Shown: in pieces, positions 48,360 to 61,646 of the stretch
Numbering within the stretch: position 1 is the first letter of the stretch
Layout: each line of letters starts with the position of its first letter
From: Anolis carolinensis
Taxonomy: Eukaryota
NCBI RefSeq assembly: GCF_035594765.1
Contig: NC_085842.1
Location: 40,834,782 to 40,898,781 of the forward strand
Direction of reading: 5' to 3'
Length of the DNA stretch: 64,000 nt
Made by a program: the position numbers and the translations under genes
Notes under the pieces: model-generated
Database searches by the model: none
Told to the model about the DNA's origin: nothing
What the model saw: the letters and a program-made list of their open reading frames with translations, nothing else

Positions 48360-48939
48360 AGCCAGCTCCACTGGCTGCCGATAAGTTTCCAGGCTCAATT
48401 CAAAGTGCAGGTCATGACCTACAAAGCCCTAAACAGTTCAGGTCCTGCTTACCTTCATGATTCATATCCCTATGAAACAGTGCAGGCTCTAAGATCTGCC
48501 GGGGAGGCCCTTCTCTCGGTCCTGCTACCGTCTTGTGTGGTTGGTGGGGATAAGGGAGAGGGCCTGGAACTCTCTCCAGATCAGATTAGGACCCTCCATG
48601 ACCACATTCCGTAAATACTTGAAAACATGGATGTTTCAATGTGCTTTCAATTAAATCAGCTTGCACTACTACTAATTTGTTCTTGTTTGGTTCTCAGCAC
48701 TTTATCCTGCTTCTTTGTGCAACATTATCCACGTTGCACAAGTTTGCCCTTCCCATACAACTTGAATAGTCCCACTTTTGCCCTGTAGTGATGATATTAA
48801 GATGCTTTAATATTTTGTTCTGTTATGCATTTTAATTTTGTATTTTGTATTCTGTTTTAATTTTATGTTGAACTTGGGCTTTGTCCCCATGTAAGCTGTT
48901 CTGAGTCCCTTCGGGGAGATGGAGGCAGGTTATAAGAAA

Positions 48940-48999
<60 letters not shown>
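48360..48999 (+). mobile_element. L2 LINE 3' fragment with (TAT)n tail
   Basis: Peptide QLHWLPISFQAQFKVQVMTYKALN; GAGTCCCTTCGGGGAGATGGAGGCAGG 3' motif. Confidence 0.8.
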
Positions 49000-49000
<1 letters not shown>

Positions 49001-49240
49001 GGCAGGGATTGAACCTTGAGGCCTAGAGTCCTAGTCCAATGCATGAACCCCACTGGGTGACCTTGGGTAAGTCATGGTCCCTTGGACAGAGACTGAGTTT
49101 CCTACAATGCAATGGCAAGCCTCTTCTGAACAAATCTTGCTAAGAAAAGCTAGTAACAGTTCTGCTGTACAGAATCTTAAAAACCTTCGGACCTTGACCT
49201 GAATGAGCAGTTTATTCATTAGCAGCCCACCAGTCTTTCA

Positions 49241-49846
49241 TTTTATTTATTGTATCAGAAGCGAAACTGAGGGTACAGTTGTAATGTATTTAGAAACACA
49301 AAGTTAAAAACTTGGCATTATACTAAATGTCCTTTGACCAGAATCTGAACACTTGGAGTGCCACTGGTGTCGATGCGAGAAGGTCCTCCATTGTGCACGT
49401 GGCAGGGTTCAGACCACATTGTAGTAAGTGGTCTGTGGTTTGCTCTTTTCCACACTCACATATTGCAGACTCCACTTTGTAGCCCCATTTCTGAAGACTG
49501 GCTCTGTATCCCATGGTGCCAGAGCGCAGTCTGTTCAGTGCCTTCCATGTCGCCCAGTCTTCTGTGTGCCCAGGAGGGAGTCTCTCATCTGGTCTCAGCC
49601 ATGGATTGAGGTTTTGGGTTTTAGCTTGCCACTTTTGGACTCTCACTTGTTGAGGTGTTCCTGCAAGTATCTCTGTAGATCTTAGAAAGCTATTTCTTGA
49701 TTTAAGGCATTGGTGTGCTGCTGATATCCAAACAGGGGATGGGCTGGAGATGTCAATGCCTTGGTCCTTTCATTGTTGGCTGCTACTTCCCGGTGGATGT
49801 CAGGTGGTGCAATACCGGCTAAACAGTATAATTTCTCCAGTGGTGT
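49241..49846 (-). mobile_element. Vingi LINE 3' fragment
   Basis: Homologous to 10700-11298; peptides PLEKLYCLAGIAPPDIHREVAA and WATWKALNRLRSG...CECG. Confidence 0.75.
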
Positions 49847-50454
49847 GAGTTGGGTAGACATCTTCCTGATCACAAGCTTTGTCAGTTATCTGTATAACTT
49901 TTAATTATATTATTTTTAATCATCCTACTATAGACAGGGAAAGACTACTAGAGGCTGGAGAGAGACACCATGGATCTCATGGCTTTCCAAACAATACCAC
50001 CATTCTTAGACACATGCACATCATTCTTTCCTTTTCTTTTAACAAAGATATGTATCTGTATATATAAGTAAAAATAACAAGAGTCTTGTGGTCTTAAAGA
50101 TTAACAAGTTTTGTTTGGCACAAGCTTTTGTGGACTCCTGCCCGCTTTTTGAGATGCTGTATGCTTAAGTATAAATACTGAAGAAAAGAATATATACTTA
50201 CATAAGTTCCTGTTTAAGAGAGAATTTATACAGGCAAAGATCCAAATACTTTCATTTTCTGTAACAAAGATTAGGTTTTCTAAGATTCCATTATAAGATT
50301 TGTTTCTGTTATTCTGATAATCAAGTTCAGGATCTTGCTTGCTATTTGACTAGCTAGTCACTCCTTTTGAAAATCTTCAAAATACACTGCAAATATTGGA
50401 ATCTCTTAGAAAAATATTAGAGAAAATGCTAACAATAACACTAAAGAACTCATA

Positions 50455-50786
50455 GGTAAAGGTAAAGGTTTTCAGTGATGTTAAGTCCAGTCGTGACCTA
50501 CTCTGGGGGTTGGTGCTCATCTCCATTTCTAAGCCAAAGAGCCGACGTTGTCCATAGACACCTCCAAGGTCATGTGGCCGGCATGACTGCATGGAGCACC
50601 GTTACCTTCCTGCCGGAGTGGTACCTATTGATCTATTCACATTGGCATATTTTCGAACTGCTAGGTTGGCAGGAGCTGGGGCTAACAGCGGGCGCTCATT
50701 CTGCTCCCGAGATTTGAACCTGGGACCTTTTGGTCCACAAGTTCAGCAGCTCAGCGCTTTAATGCACTGTGCCACCAGGGGCCCCC
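50455..50786 (-). mobile_element. Sauria SINE, full length
   Basis: tRNA-like head with A and B boxes, (ACCTTT)n tail, 12-bp TSD AAAGAACTCATA at 50443-50454 and 50787-50798. Confidence 0.9.
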
Positions 50787-51519
50787 AAAGAACTCATAAA
50801 ATGGTTTTATTTGTTCTGGCTTTAGCAAAATCTATCTGAATAGAGTAAATTATTTGATCCAGGCAACACAGTGGAAAATGTGATAAAGCAGACATTCTTT
50901 GGTCTGGTCAAATAGGAGCATTCAGTGTTGCTGATGTCCTTGGTAGATATTTCTGATTCAAAATGGCATATAGAGTTTAGCTGCTATTCCAATGGAGAAA
51001 TAAAGGAACTAATTAGAAAATGTGTATGTGGGACAGGGAAGGTTTTTCAGTACGTGTTGCTCGTATCACTTAAAATCCACAAAGAAGAAAGAAAAAGAAA
51101 ACCAGGCATCTTGCCCACCATCTAGAAACCATAATTTACTTTTCGTTCTAGAAAAAATAATAATATAGGTGACTGATCACAAACAGCCAGAGAGGTTAAA
51201 CAAGATTTCCAAGAAAGTGACTGACAGATCCAAAGCAAATTTAGTAAGCCTGTCTATCAGGATAACCATCACCTAACAAGGACCTTTGACTCTGTGTTGC
51301 TGTTCAAATCCCACATTAAAGTGTATTCTAATTGAGCAAGTAGAAGGTGCGTGTGTAATCTTTTGCCTCCAGTGCTGAAAACCATTCTCTCATTTAATTT
51401 AAAATCCCAAATTACAAAACAGGTACAAGACATACTGTGGCTAAAAATCATAACTAATTAGAAGAGATTCTGAACGCAACTAGCAATTTGAATCTGCAAA
51501 CTGGAACACTTTGGATACT

Positions 51520-51773
51520 TTTTTTTTGTCAGGAGCAACTTGAGAAACTGCAAGCTGCTTCTAGTGTGAGAGAATTGGCTGACTGCAAGGATATTGCCCA
51601 GGGGACATCCAGATGTTTTACCATCTTGTGGGAGGCTTCTCTCATGTCCCTGCATGGGAACCTGGAGCTGACAGATGGGAGCTCATCCCACTTCCAGGAT
51701 TTGAACTGCCAACCTTTTGGTCAGCAGTCTTGCCAGCACAAAGGTTTAACCCATTGTGCCACCGGGGGCTCCT
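51520..51773 (-). mobile_element. tRNA-derived SINE (Anolis SINE2-like) with poly(A) tail
   Basis: A box GGTGGCACAATGGG, B box GTTCAAATCC, TSD ACTTTGGATACT at 51508-51519 and 51774-51785. Confidence 0.8.
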
Positions 51774-53639
51774 ACTTTGGATACTGTGATCCTATACATA
51801 TTATTGAGAAGAACAACTGGAATTGATGCTGCCTAATTCTAGGTAACAGAATTAAAGCAGGAGCTTGAACATGTTACATATTTTTAAAATCCTTCTTTAT
51901 ACTATTCACAGATGACAAGCTAAACATTAAGAGGAATTTCCTGGTGGTAAGAGTGGTTCAATAGTTTGATATATTGCACAGGATTAATGCCATTCTCTTT
52001 TATTTATTATTTCACCATGTATAAAAAGAACTGAAATTTCATAGCAATGCAAGCGAAGGAAGAATGGGTAAGATTTGCACATTTCCATGATTGGGAAGGA
52101 ATGCATAATTGATCAAAAAATGGGAAAAATTAGTATAGAAAAATGTAAATGTCGGGAAAATGAATAAAACCATGTTTGTGACTATGGGAAAATGTGTACA
52201 AAATTCATATGTTTGAAAAGTGAGCACAGAAAAGCATGTAGTTTGACAATGCACATGGAAATATGAACAAAATTTGCAATTCAATTGTATCCTACTTAGA
52301 ATGAAACTGATCCTAATGAAATGAAAACTTGAAATATTTGTACATCTGTAACTGCAGGTAATGAATGTATTCTAACTAGATAGCAGAAAAAGCAATTTTT
52401 CCATAATTTGATATTCCTCAGCAAGTTCTAAAAAACCCTACAGTAATTCTGAGAGCACTGTATAAAATGAAACTTACAGCATATCATGAATAATGGTCCA
52501 CATGCTTTCCGGATCAATCAGAAAAAACAATGGTCAACTCAACACTAAAGCATAAATCCAATAACCGCTGTCTTGATTCAATGGGTGGACTCTAGTTGAG
52601 GCAAGCAATTGAACTTAGGCCTAGAATGTGCCATTCATGCATTTATGTGGTTGCAGCCCCAAGTTATTCACAGCTTGGAAGTTTAACCACATAAATGCTT
52701 TCTTCTGGGGAAAAACATGTAAGATCTTGAAAGAGCATCAGCTGAGATTGGTCCACAATACCATAATGAGAACAGAGTGTTAAGAGATGGATAGTGTATC
52801 CAGTTAGGATCAAAAATTGAGTCTTTGATTACATTCTACAGGTTGCAGCCACAAAAGTACCCAAAATATCTACGAAGAGATTGTATTTTAGAAGCAATGC
52901 TTCACGGTATTTATTACATTTCTATTCAGTTCTATGTCCACAAAGGGGAGTAGATTCTTCACCATCTGGAATATCATCTAAGTGAAACATTATGCTCTAA
53001 TGCTTAATACAGAAAAGCCTAAGTCATAACATTTCATCCTAAATTCTTGGTGGAAGATGCAAAAGTATCTTGAGAACCAATTCTGTGCAATTTCAAGTAT
53101 CATATATATTCATGTATACGTTGAGAACAGGTCTTGGAACCAAAAATCATGGATTTTGATATGACGCATGATAAGTCAAGGGTCATTTCATAGATCAGAG
53201 AAAGCACCAATTGTTACCACCATTATTATTTTCCTGCCCGGACATTCAAACAGGTCAGAAGCAGTGATGTGGCAGAGAAAATGGAAAGTCAGTGCTTCTT
53301 TTAGGTTCTCCTGGGATGGACTAATATTTTGCCTATCACACTCTACTCAGAGAAGGGAATCGTTCCTTCCTTTTGTTTTTTCCTGAAATGTCTAGACTTA
53401 TACATGAATATATAGGGTGTATTCAAAATGTTCAAGCTTAATAGGTTTAATAACTGAAAATATCTCCTACTTTTGTCATATGAAAAGTTTAGGACTGCAT
53501 ACTCTGAGAACTAAGATGCTTTCACTGACAAAACTGCAAAAAACCTTGGAAAGAAAGAGATCCACATCAATTTTATTCAGCTCTCTGATACTAAGGAAGC
53601 AACTAATATTATCATTATCATCATCATCTGCCAGTAGAA

Positions 53640-53774
53640 CACTGGTTCTCAACCTGGGGCCTCCAGATGTTTTTGGCCTTCAACTCCCAGAAATCCTAAG
53701 AGCTGGTAAACTGGCTGGGATTTATGGGAGTTGCAGGCCAAAAACATCTGGGGATCCCAGGTTGAGAACCACTG
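53640..53774. mobile_element. hAT MITE, same family, in the left end of a Harbinger-like MITE
   Basis: TSD CAGTAGAA/CTGTAGAA. Confidence 0.85.
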
Positions 53775-53977
53775 CTGTAGAATGAATGCAGTGTGATACC
53801 ACTTTAACTGTTATGGCTCGAGGCTATGGAATCCTGGGAGTAGTAGTTTGGAGAGGCACCAGAATTCTTTGTCAGAGAAGGCTAATGGCCTTGCACAACT
53901 TTAACGTTCATGATTCCATAGTCTTGAGCCATGGCAGTCAAAGCAGTTTCACACTGCATTCAATCTACAGTGTAGAT

Positions 53978-54106
53978 CAGTAGTTCTGTGGGTCCTCAGA
54001 TGCTTTGGCCTCCAACTCCCAAAAATCCTAACAGCTGGTAAAGTGGCTGGGATTTCTGGGAGTTCTAGGCCAAAACACCTGGGGACACACAGGTTGAGAA
54101 CCACTG
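53978..54106. mobile_element. hAT MITE, same family, in the right end of the same Harbinger-like MITE
   Basis: TSD GTGTAGAT on both sides. Confidence 0.85.
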
Positions 54107-57069
54107 GTGTAGATGCACCTCAAATCAGACAACTGTTTGTGAAATGCTCCCCCCAGGAAACCAGTCACATGGAAAATGGATTCTTTTGCAGCATTTTTCC
54201 TGATATTTTGTGTTTCTATAATCAGGGAATTGCACAATATAGAAAAACATTCACAGCAATCTCACATTGAATGAATCAATAGAACTAAAAAACAGGTTTA
54301 TGCGCCTCATTTCCTGATTCAAAATGAAATTTGGAGTGACAGTTTTTATAGCTGGCATGGAAAAACCTCTGCTCTCCAGAAGCCCCAAATACCAAATGGT
54401 TAATTGCAAAAAATTATGGGGGTTTTAGTCCGAATCATTTGGAGGCCAAAGGTTCCACCATGTCTGATATATAAACTGTACAATATTTCATTAAAGAGAT
54501 AAATATGTGAATTCTCACTACATTCTATTTGATTCGTATCATCACCCAAATGGCAGGCTTCAAATAGCAAGTAAGTAGTATAGTAAAATCTATGGCAAAT
54601 AGGGTTGCTGGAGTGAAACATGGAGAGCACTTCTGTACCTTTAATGGTTAAGAAGAAGAAGGAGTTTTTGCAGATATTTCTTGTTGCTTCTAGATTGATT
54701 TCTATCCTCCTGAATACAACCTTATACTGACCTGGCTTCTATGAGCATTTTAACACAAACCATCAGTGATGGTGGATCAATATTATATAATATGCCTTTC
54801 TTTTTGTTACAAGAAAGGGAGAAAGACTATAAGTCGGATAATTGGGGTTTCTTTTGCTTAGATAATAGAGATTCCACTATGTACATCGATCCTCCCACGC
54901 CTCTCTCTTTACAGTGGAACAGGAGAGCAACAAAGAGATCCATAGTGCCTGGTTATAAATTATGAACCAGATGTTCAGCTGGCATAAATCAATGTTGCTC
55001 CAAAGAAGCCTCAGACTTGGCTTATTTACATCAGCTGGAGATCTGGTTCTGTTCACACAATTTCCTCCAGGAGGAAATCAAAATTCTGCCTTATCTCTTA
55101 CGTCTTTATAACCTGTGAAGTCATTCTCCTTGTCTATTTCTGCAGCTAAAATTAAACAAGGATGATCATGTGCACGAGATACTCATGAGCCATCTATAGT
55201 AGGCAGACAATATTGACAAAAGTACAGATTTTTGAAGTGAATAGGATAGACAGGCAAAACATTTCACTGGGTATTGGAAATGTTGGGCAGCTTGAAAGAA
55301 AGAGGGTCACTATGGTTATATTAGATGGGGGAAAACAAATCCCAAGGATAGGGAAACAGGTATGAGGAACTTATGAAAGAAGGTAGAGAAAAAGAGATAG
55401 AGAGCAGACTGGAAAAGCAGGGAATAATGTATGATGGAGAAAGGCAATAAAAGAGAAGGGAAGGACTGGGGGAGGAATGGAAAGAATACTGAAGGAGTAA
55501 GCTATGCATTGGTAGCAGAGATTGGCAAGGGAGTCTTGAACCAGAGAATACAGACATGAGGCCAGTGTTCAAATTCACACAGTGCTTTGAAATCATGGCT
55601 AACGTCAGCGGTTAGCATTCCCTCATACCTCCAAAGGACAGGATAGGTGCAATGGGTCCACAGCTCTCCCCATGAATCCCAGAAGTCTTTTTAAGATTAG
55701 AGGAGGAGGGGTTCAACATTGGCAGGAAGGTTGTTAATTGATTTTGCTTACTTACTCATGCTTGCAGAGAGTGGCACAATGTCTTATGTATGTTCACTGC
55801 AACTTGCTCCCAAATCAGTCTGCATAGGACAAACTGCAAGAGGGATTTGTTATTCCTGGGAGGGCTGAATAACAACATCTGTCTCAATATTGTTCAGCAG
55901 CCAAATATTTAGTACAATTCTGATTGAGAATTCCTGAAGAGGCTCAGCTATGGAGGAATCTTGGTGATTCAATTTTGCCAGAAGGATACTCCAGACACTC
56001 TGGAGTAAACTGTGGACCCACTTGTCCAGATTAACAACTGGAAGCAGTGCTTCTCCTGTGAAATTTGTCTTGTGTCTTGTAGATTGATCACAGCTTGCAA
56101 CATGAGTCTATTTTATTTACTCACTACACTTGCTTTCAGGCATATATAAGAATTGACATGACTAGCAAACAGGATGGGGAAACACACTCTTTTTTCTGTA
56201 TGGTTTAGGTTTTGAGACATCCTAAATGATGTGCCTTTGTACATCACTTGCAAGAGCGTTTCCAGATCATGAAGTCAAACGTTATGGTGGGCCGATCATT
56301 GCTAGCCTACAGTGCCTAATTCCTATGCAAGCGCCTAACCAAATAAAACACATCAGCATGTAGGAATCTAGTGCCTTCAGCCTAGGAATGAAAGATCACC
56401 TGTTGCTAAGCACCTACGGCCAAGAGAATATGTTGCTAAGCTGCTGGTAATGGAGTTTCATTTGTGGTTCTCATGACCTCCAATTGACAGACTAAGCAGA
56501 AGTCCAGGGTCTTCAAATTACTAAGATACAACAAAGGTAGAATCACTGCCATTCCATTTGTGCTTTCTCTTTTCATTTGTCCTGTTTAAGAAATGCTGTA
56601 ATGCCATCTCCTAAAGCTGAAGTTTTAACTCAGGAGTTTAAAGAGGACTGGCAGAGTGAAAACTGGAGACAGCTCCCGTATCTTTAGTGTAGAAGCCTCA
56701 GTTTCAGCAGGTTTAACTTGTTACCTGGTTGCATGACAAGAAACATCTGATGATGTTTCCTCTTCTACCAACTGTTAAAGGCACAGGAGCACAAGTCAAT
56801 TTTCAAGCTATTTTGAAGGCTGTTGGCAAGCAGGGGCAAGAACATGCACAAGAGGAGAGGAAATTGTTACTATTGTGTTCCCTCAAGTTATTTCCTACTA
56901 ATGATTACACAAAGGTGAACCTATCATTGTTTTAAAATAATTAAGAGCACATGCCTTGCCCAATGTCACCCAGTGGGCTTCCATGGCTAAGCAAGGACTC
57001 AGACTCTATTCTCCAGGGTCATAATCCAATGCACAAAGCACTGTGTCATGCTGGAGAAAACACCTAGGG

Positions 57070-57204
57070 CAGTGGTTCTCAACCTGTGTGTTCCCAGGTG
57101 TTTTGGTTTACAACTCCCAGAAATCCCAACCAGTTTACGAGCTGTTAAGATTTCTGGGAGTTGAAGGCCAAAAAATCTGAAAACCCACAGGTTGAGAACC
57201 ACTG
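57070..57204. mobile_element. hAT MITE, same family
   Basis: TSD ACCTAGGG on both sides. Confidence 0.9.
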
Positions 57205-58881
57205 ACCTAGGGGAAAATCCCTTTAAATTGTAGCCCATTTTTCAGTCGTTCAATAGACACAAATGAAACATCTATAGGTTGTCCAGATTGCAAAGTGTGA
57301 TGTTACCTTTGAATTTGCAAGCTTCAGCTTGGCATAATCATAATGTAAGGAGCCAAATTCTCAACAGTTCATTACTACATATCATACACAAGAAGTCAGA
57401 ATTAGAAGGAAGTCGGTTTGCTTTAATCAATAGAATGTTAAAATATTCCAGGAATGGAAAGTTACTTTCTCAATCAAAACAAAGGAAAAGCACCCAATTA
57501 ATTAAATTCAAAGAAATGTGGTACTAATGAGAAGAAAGGCATCTGGTCTCCTGAAATTATTTGACTCTAGGACTGGCATTGCAATTATCCAAAATGGCCA
57601 GATTGTACTTGTTCTTGGTAAGCTCAGCTTTGAGTCCCAAAGTAAAATCATGATAAGAAAGGATAAATGAATAATAAAAAGAAGAAATAATAGCGTAATA
57701 TTTTGACTGAGAAAAATCCATCATATTACATGTCCTGATTGTAAAAAGGCAGTGACAATATAATGGGGTATTTCTCCAGTAAATCTTAGAAAAGCACAAA
57801 AAGGAAGAAAACTAACAGAAAATTTTGTCCAATAAACCTTGAATTTCAAAGATTCTGGAGGATATATTTTGACTTTCTCCTATAGTAATGTCATTTCCTT
57901 GCTTCTTTGAAATGACATGTAATGTAGAGTTAACCAACTTTTGACACTACCAGTATCTACTGTTGCTAAAGAGTGCAGTGAGGTTCACATTCCTTCACAA
58001 AGGCTTAAAAACTAGCCCAGCTTCACAATCCCAAAATCACAGAGTGGGAAGTGACCTCAAGGGCCATTTAGTCTTTCAGTTAAGAATGCACAACTAAAAC
58101 ACTCTGTGAGGTGGCCCACTAAGCTTTATTAAAAAGCTCTAAAGAAGGGGGATACACTACCCTCTGAGGAAGTCCCTTCCGCTCTTGAACAGCCCTCAAG
58201 AGTAACTGGAATACACTGGAGTCTTGTAATTGGAATTCAATGGTTTAGGTTTTGGACTTTTAGGTCTTGTCACCTCTCAATATTCTCTTCCGCAAACGAA
58301 ACACATCTTGATCCCCAAGTCATTCCGCTCAAGGCTTGCTTTCCAGACCTTTGACATTCTTGATCACCTTTCTCTGAACACACCCCAGCTTGTGAATATC
58401 CTTCTTGATTTGTGGTGCCCATAACTGGTCACTGTATTCCAGGCAGGGGTTAACCAGTACAGAAAAGAGGGATACTATTACTTTTGCTTATCTGGACCAT
58501 GTATTTCTGTTGATGCATGTAGAATTGTATTGGAAGCTTTTAGCCATTGCATCACACTGTTGACTCATATTTACCTTGTCATGTATTAAGACCCCTAAAT
58601 CCTTTTCACTTGTACTGTTATAAAACCAGGCATCTTATACTTGTGCAATTGTGTGCTCTATTGAAAAAGATCCCTTTTTTCCCCATAATCCTGTCTGATG
58701 GGATGGATGCCTTTGGCTATCAAACAGATACAACTATGGCCTGGGCCCTTATCAGAAGGTCAAGGAGAGCTTAACTTGCACCAGGGGCTGCTAAACCTCA
58801 CTTCTTTGAACCTTTCAGACCATATATGCTGCCAGACCACAGATCCACATTCTGCCACATTATCTGTTTTGAACTCAATCA

Positions 58882-59390
58882 CAGTAGAGTCTCACTTATC
58901 CAACATAAACGGGCTGGCAGAATGTTGGATAAGCGAATATGTTTGATAATAAGGAGGGATTAAGAAAAAGCCTATTAAACATCAAATTAGGTTCTCTTTT
59001 TTCTTCTCTTTTCATTATTCTCTTTTTTCTTCTCTTTTCATTATTTTTCTATATTTCCTACTTTCCTATCTACTTAGATTGTTCCCCCACTTTTATGTAA
59101 AAGAAATCTATCTCTTCTTTAATAAAAATTATTTTAAAAACCCCATCAAATTAGGTTATGATTTTACAAATTAAGCACCAAAATATCATGTTATACAACA
59201 AATTTGACAGAAAAAGTAGTTCAATACACAGTAATGCTATGTAGTAATTACTGTATTTACGAATTTAGCACCAAAATATCACGATGTATTGAAAGCACTA
59301 AGTACAAAAACATTGACTACTAAAAGCCAGACTGAGTTGGATAATCCAGAATATTGGATAAGTGAATGTTGGATAAGTGAGACTCTACTA
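58882..59390. mobile_element. Tigger-like MITE containing a short retroposed insert (58994-59143)
   Basis: TIR CAGTAGAGTCTCACTTATCCAAC; insert bounded by direct repeat ATCAAATTAGGTT (58981-58993, 59145-59157) and ending AATAAA plus an A-rich tail. Confidence 0.8.
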
Positions 59391-61592
59391 TATATGAATC
59401 TGCACTGCCATATGCCGTAATCCAGTTCAAAGCAGATAATCTGGATTTTATATGGTAGTGTGGAAGGGGCCTAAATAGGCACTCCTACTAGTTGGCAGAA
59501 CAAATGGGAACAGTCAGGCAACACACACCAGTATGTTCACTTGTGAACTAAAAACCAAGACTGCTGCGTTTTGCATGGTTTAACCTCATTTCACTCGTTT
59601 CTTCTCTGCTGAGAAAACCAAATGAGAACCACAAGTAACATGCAGTTCCCATACACCTTTGTACATGCCACATATCCCTTTTAAATTCTTCTGGCAACTG
59701 TTGTGGCAGTGATCTAGTGAATCTACTCTGGGCTTTACTTTGAACATTAAATAAACTATCCAAATAATTGAGCTTATTTTGAGATAGGTTTCAGCACCTT
59801 GGATAGGTTAAAACCCAGAGTGGATCCATTCCTCCACTAACACCAACAGCACTTCTGCCCAAATCAGTATGATTTTCCTTCCTTCTTTTTCCTTTTGGGA
59901 AACTAAACAGTTTTTCCAGAGGTCTTCCAGGACGGTATGATGCAGAAAGAGACTCTAGCAATCTATAGTACAGCTACAATTACTGGAAATACTGTCGGAC
60001 TTTAGCGGAAACCACAGCATCATATTCAGCCACCAACTACCAAACTTTAGAAGGGGTTGCAGTGGTGAGATAGGTAGTTTCCAGTGAATTCCACAGAGCC
60101 CAATGTACAAAAAAGCCACCCATTCATAAGCTAAATGAGAACTATTTTGACTGAAAGGAGGAAGAGTGCCATAGTTGTACAAAAACACAGTGTAAAAATG
60201 GACGAAATTGGTCATAGGATTTGTAGAGAGTAAGTCAGGTGGCCAAGCTTTCTTACCCTTGAGCCAGAAAGACAAGTGAAACAGCCATGTCAGTATGGAC
60301 AAATACACTAAGGGATCTTGCAGGACATCTGAACCTGAGAGAAAGAAATTAGTAGCATATGGTTTTGTGGGCTGAAGTCTACTTCATCAGGTGAATCAAT
60401 TCCATTCAAGAAAGTAGACTTTGGGTGCATCTCTACACTGCAGAATTAATGCAGCTTGACATAGCTTTAACTGCCATGGCTCAATGCTCTGGAATCATGA
60501 GAGTTGTAGAGAAGGTCTTTAGCCGTCTTTGCCAAAAAGTTCTGCTCCCTCACCAAACTGCAACTCCCATGATTCCTTAGCATTTAGTTCTAGCTGTTAG
60601 TGGTATCAAATTGTATTCTGCAGTGTAGATGAACCATATGTCTAAGAAAGATTATATTATCAACTTTGTTCTCTCAATTAGAGGCTTCAAATGTGCTGCA
60701 AGATCCCCTTGTCATCAGATAAAGAAGACTTAAGCCTAAGAAAGCTTATGTTACTGGCTTTTTGCTCTGTTAGACTCAAAGGTGCTACAAACGCAGTTAT
60801 TCTCTTGGGCCTGTTAAAACATTTGTTTGAATAAGCAGGGTTTCCAAAATGAAAGGGATGGGGATATTCAGGTAAGCCCTGTCCTCTAAGCCCTGCACAA
60901 ATAGGAGGCCCTCTGTATATTTTTGTGTGTTCAGTATGGCCTGAAGAGTTTCTAAATGTGCTCTTATTGTCTTCCCAATCATGAAGAAGTTGCTTAAGGC
61001 ATTCAGTCGAGCACACTTATAAACCTTTTTCAGATGGTGTGCTTTCTAAAGACGTGCCCCCTCCCTTTAAGAATGTGAGACATTCCTCAGCTCCTCCAAC
61101 TTCCAATGCCTGAAGGCTTAAATTACAGCTTCCACCAGTAAAGAATGATGAGTGCCCATCTCAATACCCTCTTCTTACAATGCTCTTGCATGCACTGAAC
61201 ATGTGTAAACTAAGCCACAAACTTATCCTGGCACTTGTCTCTTAAGTGGAACATGTGAAAGGCTGAATATAGACTTGTAGGCAAATGCAAATATTTCTCC
61301 AAAGGAATCAGAGCTTGCTCAGAATTGGAACACCTATAATCACAGGTACTCACTGGTGTGATTCATCATTGTAGGCAGCAGCAGGAACAGTTTGATGGTG
61401 GAGATAGGAACAAGGAGATATGATAGTGATGAACTTCTCTGTGCATTAAATATCCTGGATAAGCAATAGTACTTCCATCTGAATATGATGCCACAACTAT
61501 GAAGACTCTGCATATATGGAATAGTCTTCGCATAAGAAATGCGAAACTAGGAAACTAGAGAGGAGGTCTTTGTTTTACTGATCCCTTATCCA

Positions 61593-61595
<3 letters not shown>

Positions 61596-61643
<48 letters not shown>
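61596..61643. repeat. (AT)n microsatellite
   Basis: Direct reading. Confidence 0.95.
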
Positions 61644-61646
<3 letters not shown>

